From Nageia nagi (taxonomy: Eukaryota > Plantae > Pinophyta): a stretch of 64,000 bases of DNA. Where the stretch lies: NCBI GenBank assembly GCA_050084985.1, contig JBITNC010000001.1, positions 193,378,001-193,442,000 on the forward strand. Direction: 5' to 3'. Both the position numbers and the translations under genes were made by a program. The notes below the pieces were generated by a model, which was given only the letters and a program-made list of their open reading frames with translations, was not told where the DNA came from and ran no database searches. Shown here piece by piece: positions 1 through 13,469 of this stretch. Position 1 is the stretch's first letter. The number at the start of each line of letters is the position of its first letter.

Positions 1-2289
1 GTCATCATTATTAAGTAATAAAAGTGCTGTTACAGTTGGAGTTTAAAGTCAAAGATAGCATGTAACAGATCTAGTTTTTATGCCCAAAAATCTTGAGTAA
101 TAATTGGGATATTTCAGAATTTGCCAATTTTGGTCCACCTTGAGCTATTTTGAATTGACTTGAGCAACATCTTCTAATTTAGCATCGTCTTATGTGCAAT
201 TTGACCTAGGTGGTAACACCTACCTGAATTCAAAATTAGAGTAGTCTATAAAAAGCAAAAGAAAAATCTCATGAAAAACAAGAGGATACATGGAGAAGAT
301 CAATCACTTGACATGCTCTAATGCTAATATCAAGTATAAGATTGAACACGTTCTTCTCAGTATTTTCCTTAAGTTGAATTTGTAGTTATTGAAGTATAAG
401 CTCGCAAGGTGAATATTAGAAACACATAGAATCTTGCAAGACGCATAAATTAAAAGTCACCATGCATTGAAATTCCATGATCTAAAAATGTGGGCTATTT
501 GGATATTGCATTCTTGAACGTGGATGTTCTTTTTCTCACATTCTAGAATATGGGCGTTTTGGGATATGTAGACAAAATAAAGAGCACTGTATTAAAATAT
601 GCACATTTATTATGTCTACAAAATGAAAATAGAGCAATAGCAATATGCAATGTAGCATTTCGCAATTAGGATTATGTCAATTAATAAGAGAAGTTGCAGA
701 GAACACTTATATGGAGGGTGCACCATTAGAGGCTTGTTGGCGGACAACTTGTGATCTTGATGGCAAACCCTTATTGCAACCACATGATGGATGTCGATAA
801 TTTTGGAGATAAATTTGAAAGAGGATAATCATGAAAATGATTTCACATTGGATGATGCTAGAACAGATGCATCGACATTTCGAAATCATTTGGTTCAACT
901 ACAAATGTTGCAGAGGCTTGGGATCAAAACATTTACGATCTATACTTGTGATGCTAGAGTGTTGGGCGTTTTTGGGGTTGGGTATTAGAATGTTGGGCAT
1001 TTTGATGTTGGCTCTTTTTTGACTTGCATTTTGAGCTTTTGATGCTTTAGACATGATGATAGAAGATGATATTGTGCTATGTTGGGATGGAAACCTTTCC
1101 TACCTACCTATGATCACCTGCACACGATCGGGAAGGGGAAAACACCCAACATTTATGTGAGATAGCATAACTTACCTCCTCTTGAAAGGATTGAAACCCC
1201 AAGGTTTGTTCATGTTCCTGTTTAAGTAGCACAATTTTATATATGATCAAATGAATGAACTCACTGGTTTGGATGGAGGTAGAGGCTGTTAACTCACATT
1301 TTTTATAGGGACAAGGTGTTTTTGCGATGTTTGAAAGTTGCTTTGGTTGTGTAAAAAAAGAATGCAAGAAAGATAAAATAAACAAATAAAACAAAGAAAA
1401 AGGCGAGAATAATCTAATACTGGTTAGATCACAAGGCGACTGTCACAACAAAGCATTGCCTAAAATGAGATGTTTTCTAATCGATTAGAAAGTTCTCTTT
1501 CATTCAATCTAGTTCAAGGTGAATGACTATTGTCCAATCAGCTTTGAATCTAAAGCAAGAGGCAAGACCGACTGTCGGTACTTCGCGAATGGGACCGATG
1601 CAATCGAAGAAACTTAGCGTCGAACGTGCTCTTTGGAACCAAGTTTGAATGAAAGCTTCAAATAGCATATAGAAAAAAACAACTTCAGAATACATTTTGT
1701 TTAAAAGTGCGAGATACAAAAGGTAGCAAACTCAAAGTAATTTGAAATGTTTTGAAATATTTGAACAACTATTTTTTCCTATAACTCGAAAGTTTTCAAA
1801 GAAAGAAGTGAAAACATTCAAACTATGAAAGAGAGCCACAAAAGAAAATCCATTCACCACTCCACGTATAACAAAGCCTCTTGAGAAAATAAGTCACCAC
1901 TTTGTACTAGCTTGTAAAAGAGTGACAAAAAAGTTTCCACAATTTTCTTCTTTTACAAAAAATTTGAAATTTTTCTCAAAATTTTCATTCTTGGAAAAGT
2001 TCCAAACTTTCAATCTACATAAAAGTGATCCCATGGGGTCTATTTATAGAATTTCTAGGGTTCCCAAGTGTTGCCCTAATTCTATAAAAAAATATTAAAA
2101 AATTACATATTTTCCTCCTACGATTAAGCTAACTAACTTTTGGTGCTCTACTTGCCAGGTTGACTGATCATGAGAGCAGGGTTAGTCGAGTTTTGGTGCT
2201 CAACTTTCCTAGTTGATTGATTTACAAAATTTTCAAAGATGACAAAACTTACGATGGCGGATTTGTAGTTTGCATATGTGATGCGATGG

Positions 2290-5200
2290 TTTCCTCGAAG
2301 TTGGCACCCATGAAGGTTTATTTGTTTTTGACTTCAGTATTGAGAATTTCCATAATTCCTTCATTCGTCAATAGATACATAGTGATGGTCTTTGAAGTCT
2401 TCTTCATCTCGCTGCACCATACTGCCATATTTGATCTGCTTGCCGGATTTAAGAACATTAATATCTTCAATTTCGAGGTAAGTGGTAATCATCAAATGGA
2501 CCTCATTTATCACCATGGCGTAGTCCTTGTTGCGTCCGTCTTCCTTGATCAGCCTTAGATCAAAGTGCTTCTTTGGTTTCTTCTATCCACTCCTCTTTGA
2601 CCGTTTGAATCCCAGTATTCAAGGAAATCTGCTTTCTGATGTCTTCAACTATCAGGTTAGTAGCTTGTATGTCAACGGTCAACCTTTTCTGTCTGGCCAA
2701 TTCTCTTTTAATCTCCTTGAGCTCTACCTCTTGTGATGTGTTCTCCTCTGTTAGCGCTGCAACATTGGAAACTATTGCATGTTTCGTGCCCAAAGTTCCG
2801 ATTGCCTTACATGGCTCTTCTTGCGTTTCCACTACTAGTGCAAATTCCCCAACAACATTTCTTTTTCTCCCTGCAGCAACAGTGTCGGTGACGATGGAGT
2901 TGTCCTTCATTGAGATGTAAGTGGCTAAACGCTCAAGTTCATTCCCTGAATCTTGATCGGTTTCAAGGTTGGCACGAGATTGAGATGGGTGATATGCTCT
3001 TAAATTTTTCAAGAGTGCTGCCATGTCGAAGTTGTAACCTGGTTCAAGACTAGCAACTGTAGTCACTTGTCTCTTAGGGTTCCCTTGGTGTTCATTCTCT
3101 CTCCTCTTCTTCCTATGGTCTTCATTTTCACCTTCATCCTCCTCATTTCCTCCATTCCCTCCTGATGAGGAAGCTATTCCCTTGGATGCTGAAATCCTTC
3201 TTGGAGCAAGTGGTGGAGGTTTTCTCTGAGGCGAAGGTGTCTTTCTTGATTGTTGAGGTTTAGAAGCCCGTGTAGAGGTGGGTTTTGTTGCTTGCATGGG
3301 TTCTCGCATAGTAGGAGGATTTATGGCTAGTATCTTCTCGATTGATGAATCTAATTCATTTGATTCATTGCCTGAGATATAAGGTATTTCAGGTATCTGG
3401 CTATCTTTTAAGGGCTCTCTCAAGAGGTCTCCTTCATCAATCTCATATTCATCCTCACTGTCATTGGAAGGAGGAGCAGGAGAACTCGGGCAAGAATGAT
3501 ATAATTGTCCATCTTGGGATGGACCTCTGGGAGGGACTTCCACCAGCTTCTTCAAGCGTTTGTAGGGGTGTGAAGTGCTACCAACCTCTTTAGTGCTCTT
3601 TATCTCTTGCGATAATCATTGTATGGTCTGATCAATAGTTTGCCTTGGTTGAACAATGAGTGTTGCATATGGATAAGATTGCCCCTATGTTAACCTCATG
3701 GAAGGTGAAATTGGTGCTGGTTCGTATGGAATCGAGGGATTCTTCTTAAGGATTATCAAAGGATGTATGCTGGCTACTGCATTCTTCTCTTGCATACCTC
3801 TTTTCTTTGTCTTCTTGGTTATTGTCTGCATGAGCTTCTCTTGTGTTGCCAAGTCCCTGTTTATCTTGTTAATTTGCTCTGTATCATTTACATTTCTGTA
3901 CCTTTTGAGCTTCCTTAGGGACTTGTGGGGGTAATTGGTTTGCCAGGTTTTCTTGAAAAATGTGTCGAGTACACCCTCAGGGTCATAGTACTCTATCGCT
4001 TGTTCTACTGTGAAGCCGTAGTATGCTAACTTTGTCTTCATTATTTCGACTTGACGCCAGGACGTGCATTTGTACTCCCCTATGCGGATGGGTAATTTGC
4101 AAGTGATGCCTTTCTTACACCAGACTTTCTTGTGTAGGGACGACAAGTGTCTTCAAAGTTCCATCATGATGAACGGATCACTTGCGTAATGGGGAAGTCT
4201 ATAAGGTGGTTCAATTGACCTGTAGACCCTGATATATGTGGCATCTGTTTCTTCAAGATAAAAATCAACATATCCTCGAAGAGCTTGTACTACCGTCTCT
4301 GATATTCTGGTCATATTGGTGGTCCCCTTTATCTCTTCATATATCTGGCATTCGAATCCATCATTCATCATTTTGAATTTGCCCCACTGGTTTTCCAAAA
4401 GGAATCTAGGGTAACCCCGCCATACTGGCATCTCTGCGTCAAATAGGTACTTGGTATCTGCAATGGCGTATCTTTTGTTCTTGCCATGTAAGAGTAGGAA
4501 CAAGTAAGAGCTCATGTAAAATCTTTTTGTTTCTACAAGTTTGGACATTTGTTGGGCCATGCAATCGCTAATCACCTTACTCCATCTGATGCCTTTGCCT
4601 CTGCTAATCTGATATATGAAACCCACAAACTCCTTTCTAAATCGTTGGTCATTCTCTTGCCCTATAATTCTACATAGCATGCTGATAATGGTAGAGATTG
4701 TAGGATAAAAATCTCTCCTCCCTGGTTGGCTTAAGGTCTTTGCCTTGTAATCTTTGCACTCGTCAACCAACCAATCTCTATTAAGTTCCTCGGCTTTGTC
4801 AGGTTGTTAAAGAATTTGACGAAGTCTATCATACTGAATATGATTCCCTCATTTCTCCAAGTGAAAGCGCTCTCTATTCCTTCCATAGTGAAGTCTAATA
4901 TTTTTGTGGCTTCAGTGTCAAGGAGGACTCTTTCCTTCTTGTTGTAGTATTTGGCTACCTCGAGGCACAATTCTAGAAATGGAGCGGTAAATGGGATCAT
5001 AGAGGCCTCAACGATTTTGGACTGAGCAAGTGTGTCGAGCAACCTTTCATATGGGATCTTGGATCTTTGTCAATGACTTGACGGGTCAGTGTGTGCCCAA
5101 TTTGTGTCTTTGATCTGTCCAAGATTGTTTACTATCACAGTTGTAGGGAAGGCAGCCTTCCCTCTTTTCTCCAAGGTGATCTTGTTAGTCTTCATGAGCC

Positions 5201-5300
5201 TCTCCATCTGGAGCTCCTTGTTTTTGTTAGCAATACTCATCGTTTATGCCTTGTGGAACACAACAGGGTGTTAGGAGTTATATTGGGTATCTTTAGAACG
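2290..5300 (-). pseudogene. Decayed accessory ORF of family X, a distant homologue of the family A LTR ORF
   Basis: ORF fragments 4731-5042, 4153-4770, 3685-4146 and 2560-3555 are collinear with the family A protein: PFTAPFLELCLEVAK vs PFAVPFPDLCSEVAK, IRWSKVISD...KRFYMSSYL vs IRWAGVISD...KRFYMNSYL, GGNGGNEEDEGENED vs GGNGGDEKDEGETEE. Frameshifted; both ends approximate. Confidence 0.8.
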
Positions 5301-6299
5301 ATTTTGGAGTGAAAAAGAGAGTCAAAGTTTTGGCCTATTTTTGGATTTTTGAGAGGCTAAGTGTGGATTTTCGAGAATTTTGAAGTTCATCGGAAGTGGG
5401 AAACAAATGGCAAATAAATTTAGAAGGCTTGTGAACAAGTCTTAGGGAAAAATATCGACTTTTCAATGTTCGAATTAACTCGCTATTTTTTTAGCCCATG
5501 TATTCATTTTTTGACAGGTTTTGGCAGCTTCGAAGTTAGGAAAGATGGGGATGCCAAGTGGGTTTTCAAGCTTCATTTGGGGGAAGTGAATAATAGAAGT
5601 TGCTCTCATATATGAGGTCTATGACTTTGGTATTCACTTCGAAGTTTGGATCTTTCAAAATTTGAGAGTTCTTAAGCCTTGAAAAAGCATTTTTTGTGTT
5701 TTTTTTCACGTTTTTTTGGAAAAGCTTGAAAATGGCCAAAAGATAGGGGGGGTCCGAAATTTGGAAAAATTTTAAAATGTGGATTTGACCTAATGGATGG
5801 ATAGAGGATGAGATTCTAAGGTTTTGAAAAAATTTGAAAAGGTTTATGTTGTGCCTACACAACACCCCCCCAAAATTTTTTGCATTTTGAGGACCCTCAG
5901 GAAACAAAAAAGGGTAGAGGATTGCATGGAAATTTGTCAAGAGGATGCATACCTTTCAGGCTAGTGTTAGGAACATGTTCAATCTGCATTTTCGTGGTAG
6001 TAAGAGCCAAAATCATGCACCTTTCCTCCTGTTGCATGTTTTCCATTGAGTGCTCTTGCACCCCCCTCAAGCCATGCGACCATCCAGCCTTGTCTTTGTC
6101 ATTTGCATCATCAAGTTTAAAAAATATCCTGAGGGCCTCCCATGTTGTACAAACCCCATTTGCATCTCATGTATTGTTTTGTGTCGAAAAATGCAATGGA
6201 AACACCCATTTTTGGCTGGTCACATGTTTTTGAGGGAGTGCTTTTGCACCCACTAGGAAAGGTGCAATTGGGCTGGACATCATCTCACACTTAGCATTT

Positions 6300-6790
6300 T
6301 TTAGTACATTTTGTTGTCGCATGCATTTCAAGGAGTCCTTTTGCACCCCTTCAAAAGGGTGCGACCAAGGTGGCAACTCATACTTAACATTTTTTTGTCA
6401 TTTTCGCATGCTTTGGAGTAAGTCCTTCTGGCACTCACCCAAAACCATGCGACAAGGAGATTCTATACTTAGTCAAATTTTGGAGCCTCAAAGGCTGTCA
6501 CATGCATTTCATGGAGTCCTTTTGGCACTCACCCAAAACCATGCGACCGATAGATTCTATACTTAGTCAAATTTTGGATCTTCAAAGGCTATCGCATGCA
6601 TTTCATTTAGTCAAATTTTGGATCCTCAAAGGCTATCGCATGCATTTCATGGAGTCCTTTTTGCACTCACCCAAAACCATGCAACCGACAGATTCTATAC
6701 TTAGTCAAATTTTGGATCCTCAAAGGCTGTTGCAAGGATCTAGATGAGTCCTTTTGCACTCGTCCAAAAACATGCGACTAGAAGGGAGAA
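6300..6790 (+). repeat. Degenerate tandem repeats (~90-bp unit) rich in ATGCGAC/GTCGCA motifs in the 5' part of family A
   Basis: Recurring GGAGTCCTTTTGCACTCACCCAAAACCATGCGAC...GATTCTATACTTAGTCAAATTTTGGA units. Equivalent arrays lie at ~21110-21500 and ~43760-44100. Confidence 0.8.
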
Positions 6791-7290
6791 AGGAAAATTG
6801 ACTAAGTGTTAAGCCTCATTGACAAGTGGAAGCCCATGCATTGGACCTCTTCCTATGCCTATCCCATGGTGACACATGTCCCACCTGGAAGGCTATAAAA
6901 GGGAAGTCAGCCCCCTTCATTTCAGTTTGCAAATTTGACTAGGAGCAAAGCATGGGAGAACTGAAGATAATGCACCCCTTCTTGGACGTGTGACCAAGGA
7001 CTACTTGAACTTTTTTCAACGTTTTCAGGTCCCAAGCCTTGGGAAGCATGCCAGGACTCAGGTGTAAGGATTTAAGCATGTGCTTTAGGAACCCATCCAA
7101 AAGGGTGCGACAAGGGGCTTAGGCTTCAAACTCAGTGTGAAATTTGGCCAAGTCACCCCCTTTTCGTAGTCGCATCATTTTCACCCTGTCCTTTTTGCAC
7201 ACTCCAAGAAACATGCAACCTTGTTATGGACCTCCTATTTGACCCTTAGGCCAACCATTAAGAAGGTGACACCTGGTAGTTACACTAACC

Positions 7291-7298
7291 TATAAATA
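7291..7298 (+). promoter_or_regulatory. Putative TATA box upstream of the LTR-encoded ORF
   Basis: CTATAAATA about 380 bp before the ATG at 7674. Conserved in copy 2 (20599-20607, -), copy 3 (44606-44613) and family X (13343-13350, -). Confidence 0.5.
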
Positions 7299-7673
7299 TC
7301 CCATCCCTTGAGCATTTTAAACACATAATTCCACAATCACCCCTCTTCTTAGTCGCACCATTTCTCTTGCATACCTAGGCACTCACTCTAAAACGTGCGA
7401 CCAAGGAGGAAAGAAGGATTTACGGATATTGCACATTTAGTTAGCTTTTCATGTCAACCACCGAACCCATTCGGACACTTTCAAGGCAATGCTTGAGGCA
7501 CTCACTCAAAACCATGCGACCTGATCTGGAGTGAGGAATTGTGTCTAAAAAATTGACTAAGTACCCTTGGTCCCAGTCGCATACTTTTCAAGCTGTGCTT
7601 TTGCACTCATCCAAAACTATGTGCCTAGATTGGTTAGACGTCTGGAGTTGAGAAGGGAAGGGTGATTTTCTCC

Positions 7674-10600
7674 ATGGCTTCGAGAATCAAAGTACCCCTA
7701 TTGAAAGCCAGAAAGGCCCAAAGCCAGTTGTTCGAGAGGCATGTGACTCAAAGCCAAATGACTAGGCTTTTGAAGGAAAGTCGGATAGAGTTTTAGCAGA
7801 AGGACAAATCAGAGCTCCCTGAAGCTAAATTCAAGGGGAAACACATCTTCGTTGGTGACACTGATTGGGGGAACTTGGACCCTATTCTAACCTTGGCCTC
7901 CTCGACCTGCATCAGTAAAGAAGACCTGTCAGAGGAACTTATCCACACATGCGGTTTGTTCAATGCCGCTATGATGCCATTTGTAGTACCTTTTCCTGAC
8001 TTGTGTAGTGAAGTGGCCAAGAAGTGTGACTTTAGCAAGAGGATTTTGCAGGACATAGAACGCAATGTGATCATGGACTTTTCCCTTGCCGGAATTGAAG
8101 CAACCTTTGGCTGGAAAAGATATGGGGATGTTTATACATTGGTTCATTCTGAAGAGTTCCATGACTCCACATCCTGACTTGGAGACTATACTCGACCTTG
8201 GCTACTTGAAGAGTTTCAAAACCTTATGATCAGTGCACAGAGAGATGAATTCCTGTCAGTTGTGGCAAAGTTGATCACCCTCTTGTCAAGGGTAACTAGT
8301 CAAGAAAATGATGCTAAGTACTAGAGAGAGTTCATAGATTTTATTGCTGCTATCAATTCAGGGAGACCTATCCGATGGGTTGGGGTAATCAATGATGCCC
8401 TGCGCTATCAATTGTCCTTTTTTGGATCCTCGAAGAGATTCTGTATGAACTTTTATTTGGTGTACCTCTTGCTACATGGCAAAGCCAGATCCAAGGAGCT
8501 GGCTAATGAAAGATACTTGGGTAGAAAAACATCCTTGTGTGGAGGGCATACCAAAAAAGGAGGTGCCAGAACAAGTTCCTATACGTCTATGAGAGGACCG
8601 ATTTTTGGGAGTATGATATCTACAAAGATATCAAAGGAGAATCCGTAGTGAAGAGGATTTTTGATGCAGCTACTGAGGCCATCAACATATATGCAGACTT
8701 CTTTCAGCAGGACACTGATTTTACATATATTAGAGTCTTTGGTTTAGAAGAACAACCCCTGCTCTTGCCTAGATTCGCCATTGATAGGTTGATTCTCAAG
8801 GAGAATGCTAGGCAGCTCTTGTTCCTGAAGAAGAGGGTTTGGAACAAGAAGAATGCCACAATAAATTTGGCTATTACTATATCTGGATATGTGTGCTAGA
8901 CATATGGGTGGAGGCAACGCATATGCGAGAGGAGCTACAATAGTACGGCTTCTTCAGAGAGGCTGCTGCTAAAAATTATGATCCTAAGGGGGTAATTATG
9001 TATTTTTATAATACAACTTTCATAGGCCCATCTCATTTCCACACAAGCCTTTGGGAGATGAGGAGAGGTATAGAAATGTACATGACAGAGGAGAAATTGC
9101 ACGCATAAAGGCTCTTTTGAGCAAGAAGGCGGCTTCCTTTCACGGAGAAAAACATTCTCAAAAGCCTCGAACTACCAAGCTCTGATCTAAAGAGGCCCCC
9201 TTGAGGATCAAGTCTCCTGCTCACACCATGTCCTCACTAAAGAAGACACCCTTGCTTCTTGCAAGGAAAAGACAACAGGCCTCGAGGGAGCCCATCCTGT
9301 GTCCTAGCAAGCGTAGTGTAGTAGAGGTTGATCTTAGAGATGTTGGATATCATGCTCTTGTCCCTGATGTGCTGGATGATGTGGTGAATACAACATGTGG
9401 TAGTGGTTCGTCCACCAAGACAATTCCTTCCAGATCCATCCATTCTCTTGGTCCAAGGGAGAAAGTTCCCCCTTTGCAACCAAGTTCTAGCTCTAGTTCT
9501 CAGAGGTCATCTTCTTCTTTTGATGAAGAAACTGAAGATCCTGACTGTATGATGGAAGATTTTGCAGAAAAATCGGAGAGCTGTAGCGAGAAAGAAGAAG
9601 AAGAAGATGAAGATGATGTTGACAATGCTACCAATATGCTTGAGCCAGAGGACGTAGTTGTAGATGCTTCCGCACTTGATGAAACCGAGATTGAAACCAT
9701 CCTGGATGATGAGATAGTGTATGTTGGAACCTATGATGATGACGTCCAGATAAGTGGTAAGAAATGCGCTAGAGAGGTGGCTGCATCTAAGTCCTCCTGC
9801 TGAACCTAGGAAGAAGTCTCCTTCGCACAAACCCTCTACCAAGAAGAGTCATGAGAGATCTTCCCAACTCTGAAGCAAACGAAGGAGGTGAAGAAGACGA
9901 AGGAGAGATTGAGAAGCAAAAAAAGAAGAGACGGTAGGAAGGGCATCAAGGCAAGGAAATGGCCTTAGTGTAGACCACTCTAGTGAAGGAAGTTAAGAAG
10001 TTAATAAAGGAAGATTGTTGGTTCAAAGGTTTCCCCTGCAACCAGCAACCAAACATCCAGATCTTGACCTGGATGCTTTCTTTAGAACCCTCAGCATGAG
10101 TACGGCTCATGATGAAGATATAGCCTAAAATCTGCATTCAGAAGATGAGGAGGAAGAATTTTCAGATGGAGAGAAGATTCAGAGAGTGGACACTTTTGTC
10201 TCCACCTCTTGAAAGGAGATCTCCATCAGCCATTGCTACTCGAAAGAGAAGCACCCTCAGAGAGCAGAGGACTGTGTCATTGAGACTTTCAAGATGCCAG
10301 TGAAACTAGGGTTGATAGCCAGGGAACACATTATTACTCAGAATGCAGCAGTCATGGAATAGGAAGGCTATGAAGCCAAAAAGGAGGTGAAGAGATTGAA
10401 AAAGGAACTCACGGCTAGCAAAAAGATTATAAATGAGTTCCAGAAAATTAGCACTATCCCTTTGCACCTACAGAAGCAGACTTCCTTCCATGAAGGATGG
10501 GAACTAATGAAGGAGCAGCTTAAGAATGAAGTGATGGAGGCCATCGAGAGATTGTCTTCACAGATTTACAAGCTCCTTACTGAAGGTGTTGAGGTCAGGG

Positions 10601-11168
10601 ATCTCAAAACTCATATTTTAGCACATCATGGCACGTTGGATAGCTACCTTCCCAACATTTCCCATTTGCAGCATATTTTCGCTGATAACCCAACAAAGTT
10701 GGTCTATTGTCATGAGTTCATCTATCATTATGATTGGTTGAACCATGCACTTGAGAAGTGCAACGCTGTCTTGAAAATCATGGCCCCCTTGTGAAAGGAT
10801 GTTGAGGAACAAATGAGTGAATATCTTTATTAGCTCAAGTTCCAAGGAAAGATAACAATGTCAGGAAGAAGGAAGCGGTATTGGCAGAGGCCCAGAACCT
10901 AATCCAGGAGCATCTTGAAGTTGACGATCTCAACTTGCTGAAAGCAGGGTATCCCATTATTCACGAGAGAGGGATGGTCATCTGGAGATACTAGATGCAA
11001 GCTATGATCAAGAAGATTGAGGGATACTTCCGGCAGAATGGAAGCACTGTTGGCATGATCTCTAGGAACGTGCGTAAGACCTTGGCGTTTTTGGGGGAGA
11101 TTGTTGAGTCCCACAGTCTCGCCAGCGAAGAGTGGAACTCCGTCTATGCCGAATCAGATCTGGCCTAG
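7674..11168 (+). pseudogene. Decayed ~1150-aa accessory ORF inside family A copy 1 (helical N-terminal domain, acidic/Ser-rich linker, coiled-coil-like C-terminus)
   Basis: ATG at 7674 (MASRIKVP...), fragments 7875-8177, 8537-8899, 9201-9803 and 10387-10794, ending ...EEWNSVYAESDLA-TAG at 11168. Stops and frameshifts differ between copies, implying one ancestral ORF. No RT, RNase H, integrase or protease motifs. Confidence 0.85.
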
Positions 11169-11579
11169 ATCTGATTCACCCGCATACTTCATTTGCGGTA
11201 TTTTTTTCTGTGTTCAATGCATATGGTTATGTCAGACTTTATTTTGATTTGACTGGTTTAGGGATGAGGTTTTGTTCCCGCCAGATCAAATCTATCAGAC
11301 TCATTTATGACTAACCGATGCAAGGATGAGGTTTTGCTCCTGCTGGTTTAGACGTCAGACCTTTTTCAGATTATTTATTGCATATCTGATTTTTTTTTGT
11401 TTGTTGCATAGATTAGAGGTAGAGTAGATGCATTTCGGTGGTGGCATTTATATTTTGTCAGTTTTAAATGCCATTTACATAGTTTTGTGTGAAGATATAT
11501 GATTTTGTATTGGTATGTGTGTTGCGTGTGTGCACACCATATCAGATTTGATGCCTTTAAGGCATCACTTCTAGTGGCC

Positions 11580-11587
11580 TATTTATA
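11580..11587 (+). promoter_or_regulatory. Putative LTR promoter TATA-like box (TATTTATA) about 1 kb before the 3' end once the nested insertion is removed
   Basis: GGCCTATTTATACCCC recurs at 16316-16323 (-), 49041-49048 and ~50985, with a variant at ~56230. It is positionally equivalent to the canonical CTATAAATA of family X (2041-2049, -). Confidence 0.45.
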
Positions 11588-11658
11588 CCCCACTTGGGCC
11601 ATTTAGAAAAGGGATTTTGGCATACAGAGCTTGCATGAGGAATCTATGCATATGATCT

Positions 11659-12322
11659 TGTGATGTTCCTTTTATTTTTATTTCTTTATTTCTAGCAAAC
11701 CCTCAATATAAAAATGCAGAAATAAATTGCAGCAATAAAATAACTCAGAAATTGCTCATAAAATAACACTAGTATGAGGAGAAATCAGCCAATATCATAT
11801 ATATTAAATATTTCCAAACCAATACAAAGCTGGAATGGACAAATGGAATCCTCACGAAACTAAAAATGCAGATACAAACTTTCCAAACTGAGTGAATCCC
11901 TCCACAAAAGAAATGCCACGAACCACTCACAGATGCCTCTTTTTGTATTTTTGATATTTTAGGGCAATAACACCTTCAATGATATTGCCAAGTCCCCAAC
12001 CATGCACCTCCAATGCACTATGGGAATGAGCAAGACCTGCAATCTCAACTCATGGAAACTCTAGGGTTTCAATATTCAATTCTCATATCACATAACATGC
12101 TCCAAATGAGATGCTCACTTCCTTTTATAGAATGAGGTTCTAATTTGGAGTTGACATCTCCTAACCCTAAAATCACTTAAAGTACCTTATTACAAAAAAA
12201 AAAAGTATAAAACATAAATAAACACAACTTAAGTTATGTCTCCTAGTCACATGAACCCCTTTTCCACTTTTATAATTAAGTGTAGGAGACATTTACAAAA
12301 TATTTATTTTTGGAACATTACA
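11659..12322. mobile_element. Solo LTR (664 bp) nested in family A copy 1
   Basis: TGTGATGTTCC...GGAACATTACA inverted termini and a perfect GATCT TSD. Absent from copies 2 and 3 at the same site. Confidence 0.92.
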
Positions 12323-13469
12323 GATCTTTGTACTATTTTTTGCATTAGACTTTTACATGTAATGAAAGCATCATACACTGGAGTTCTTGCATCCTGAGAT
12401 TGAAGCTATTGAGTTTATTTGTACAATCTTTTGAGCCTTTGCATGTCGTAAGATTCACATTCCATTGCATAGAAAATTGTTGCATAAGGGGTTCTATGCA
12501 TATTTTGCTGTTGAAAACCATTATGAATGTGTTTGTTTAGAGGAATAAAATCATAAAGTTATATTGTCAGGAACATCATTTGTGGGATTATGTATATTTG
12601 AATGGTTCTCTCTATGAACTGTAGGTTGATTATTTTGTGAAAAAGTCTAATCCTTATTTGCATAGTTTGCATGCAAGCAGATATATTCTGATGCTTATAG
12701 CTTGTCTTTATATCATTCGGTTAGGTTCCTACACTTATGGCTTCACTCTATCTTCACCCTTTCCATTGAGTCTTCCATAAAGATCCTATAGCTTCTTGCT
12801 CTTGTTTGCAAGTGATTTGAGTGTATTTGCTATTTGTTGCTCGGGTTGATAGTGAGTGTATTGACCTTAATGAATTTGAAGATGACCTGTCAAGACACTG
12901 TATCCCTGGTGACATCCTCATAGGTCTTTTCCTTTCCTCGCATTCATTTGCACTTATCCTTGTGTCTGTCCCTACATTTGTGATCTTTCTTCACTTTTGT
13001 TCACACTTGCAATCTTTTCTCATTAAGGAAAGGAATCCCGATGGGAGTTTCCCTTGTATACAATTAACAACATGCATCTATGACTTCTGAGCCATCAAGA
13101 CCATATTCCATGTGAACGCTTGAGGTAACCAATCATTTCAGGCGGGAATAAGTAACGCTGTTTCCTCCAAGTCTTGTGCATGTTTTGGGCGAGGAAAGAA
13201 AAACATACCAACAGTTTGGGGCTATTTTGGATCTTGTGAACAAATTTCAAGTTTTTGAGCAAGTTTGTGAGGATTTTGCTCAAAAATGGATGCATGGAGG
13301 CTCAAGGAGAGTGTTATGGGGCAAATGGAAGGCTTAGGGGGGTATTTATAGGGTTTTTGTGCCTTTTGCATGCTCCTTAGTAGGTTTTTGACCTAAAAAG
13401 TGCTCTATGGGCTCATTTTGCACATTTCTTAAGGTTTTGGAGACTTCAAACACTCCATAGGCTTGAAAA

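Larger units (their letters stand above)
5847..13213 (+). mobile_element. Giant solo-LTR-like element, family A copy 1 (~6.7 kb without the nested insertion)
   Basis: Termini TGTTGTGCCTACACAACACC...AAAAACATACCAACA. Flanks gttta/gtttg form a 5-bp TSD with one mismatch. Collinear with copies 2 and 3. Confidence 0.9.

Noticed and set aside
700-1079. Short ORFs 707-1022
   Set aside because: No recognisable motif or convincing splice context; probably a decayed repeat.
5847-13213. Family A as a classical DNA transposon (CACTA, MULE or hAT)
   Set aside because: It has only a 5-bp inverted terminus, TG..CA ends and a 5-bp TSD, and no recognisable DDE motifs. These do not fit those superfamilies, though a profile search is still needed.
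12821-13295. Recurrent hydrophobic ORFs near the family A/B 3' ends (also 15466-15729, 49634-49897, 51712-51999, 56888-57235)
   Set aside because: Recurrence is explained by repeat copies of T-rich U5-like DNA. The starts are non-ATG and the frames and ends differ between copies.
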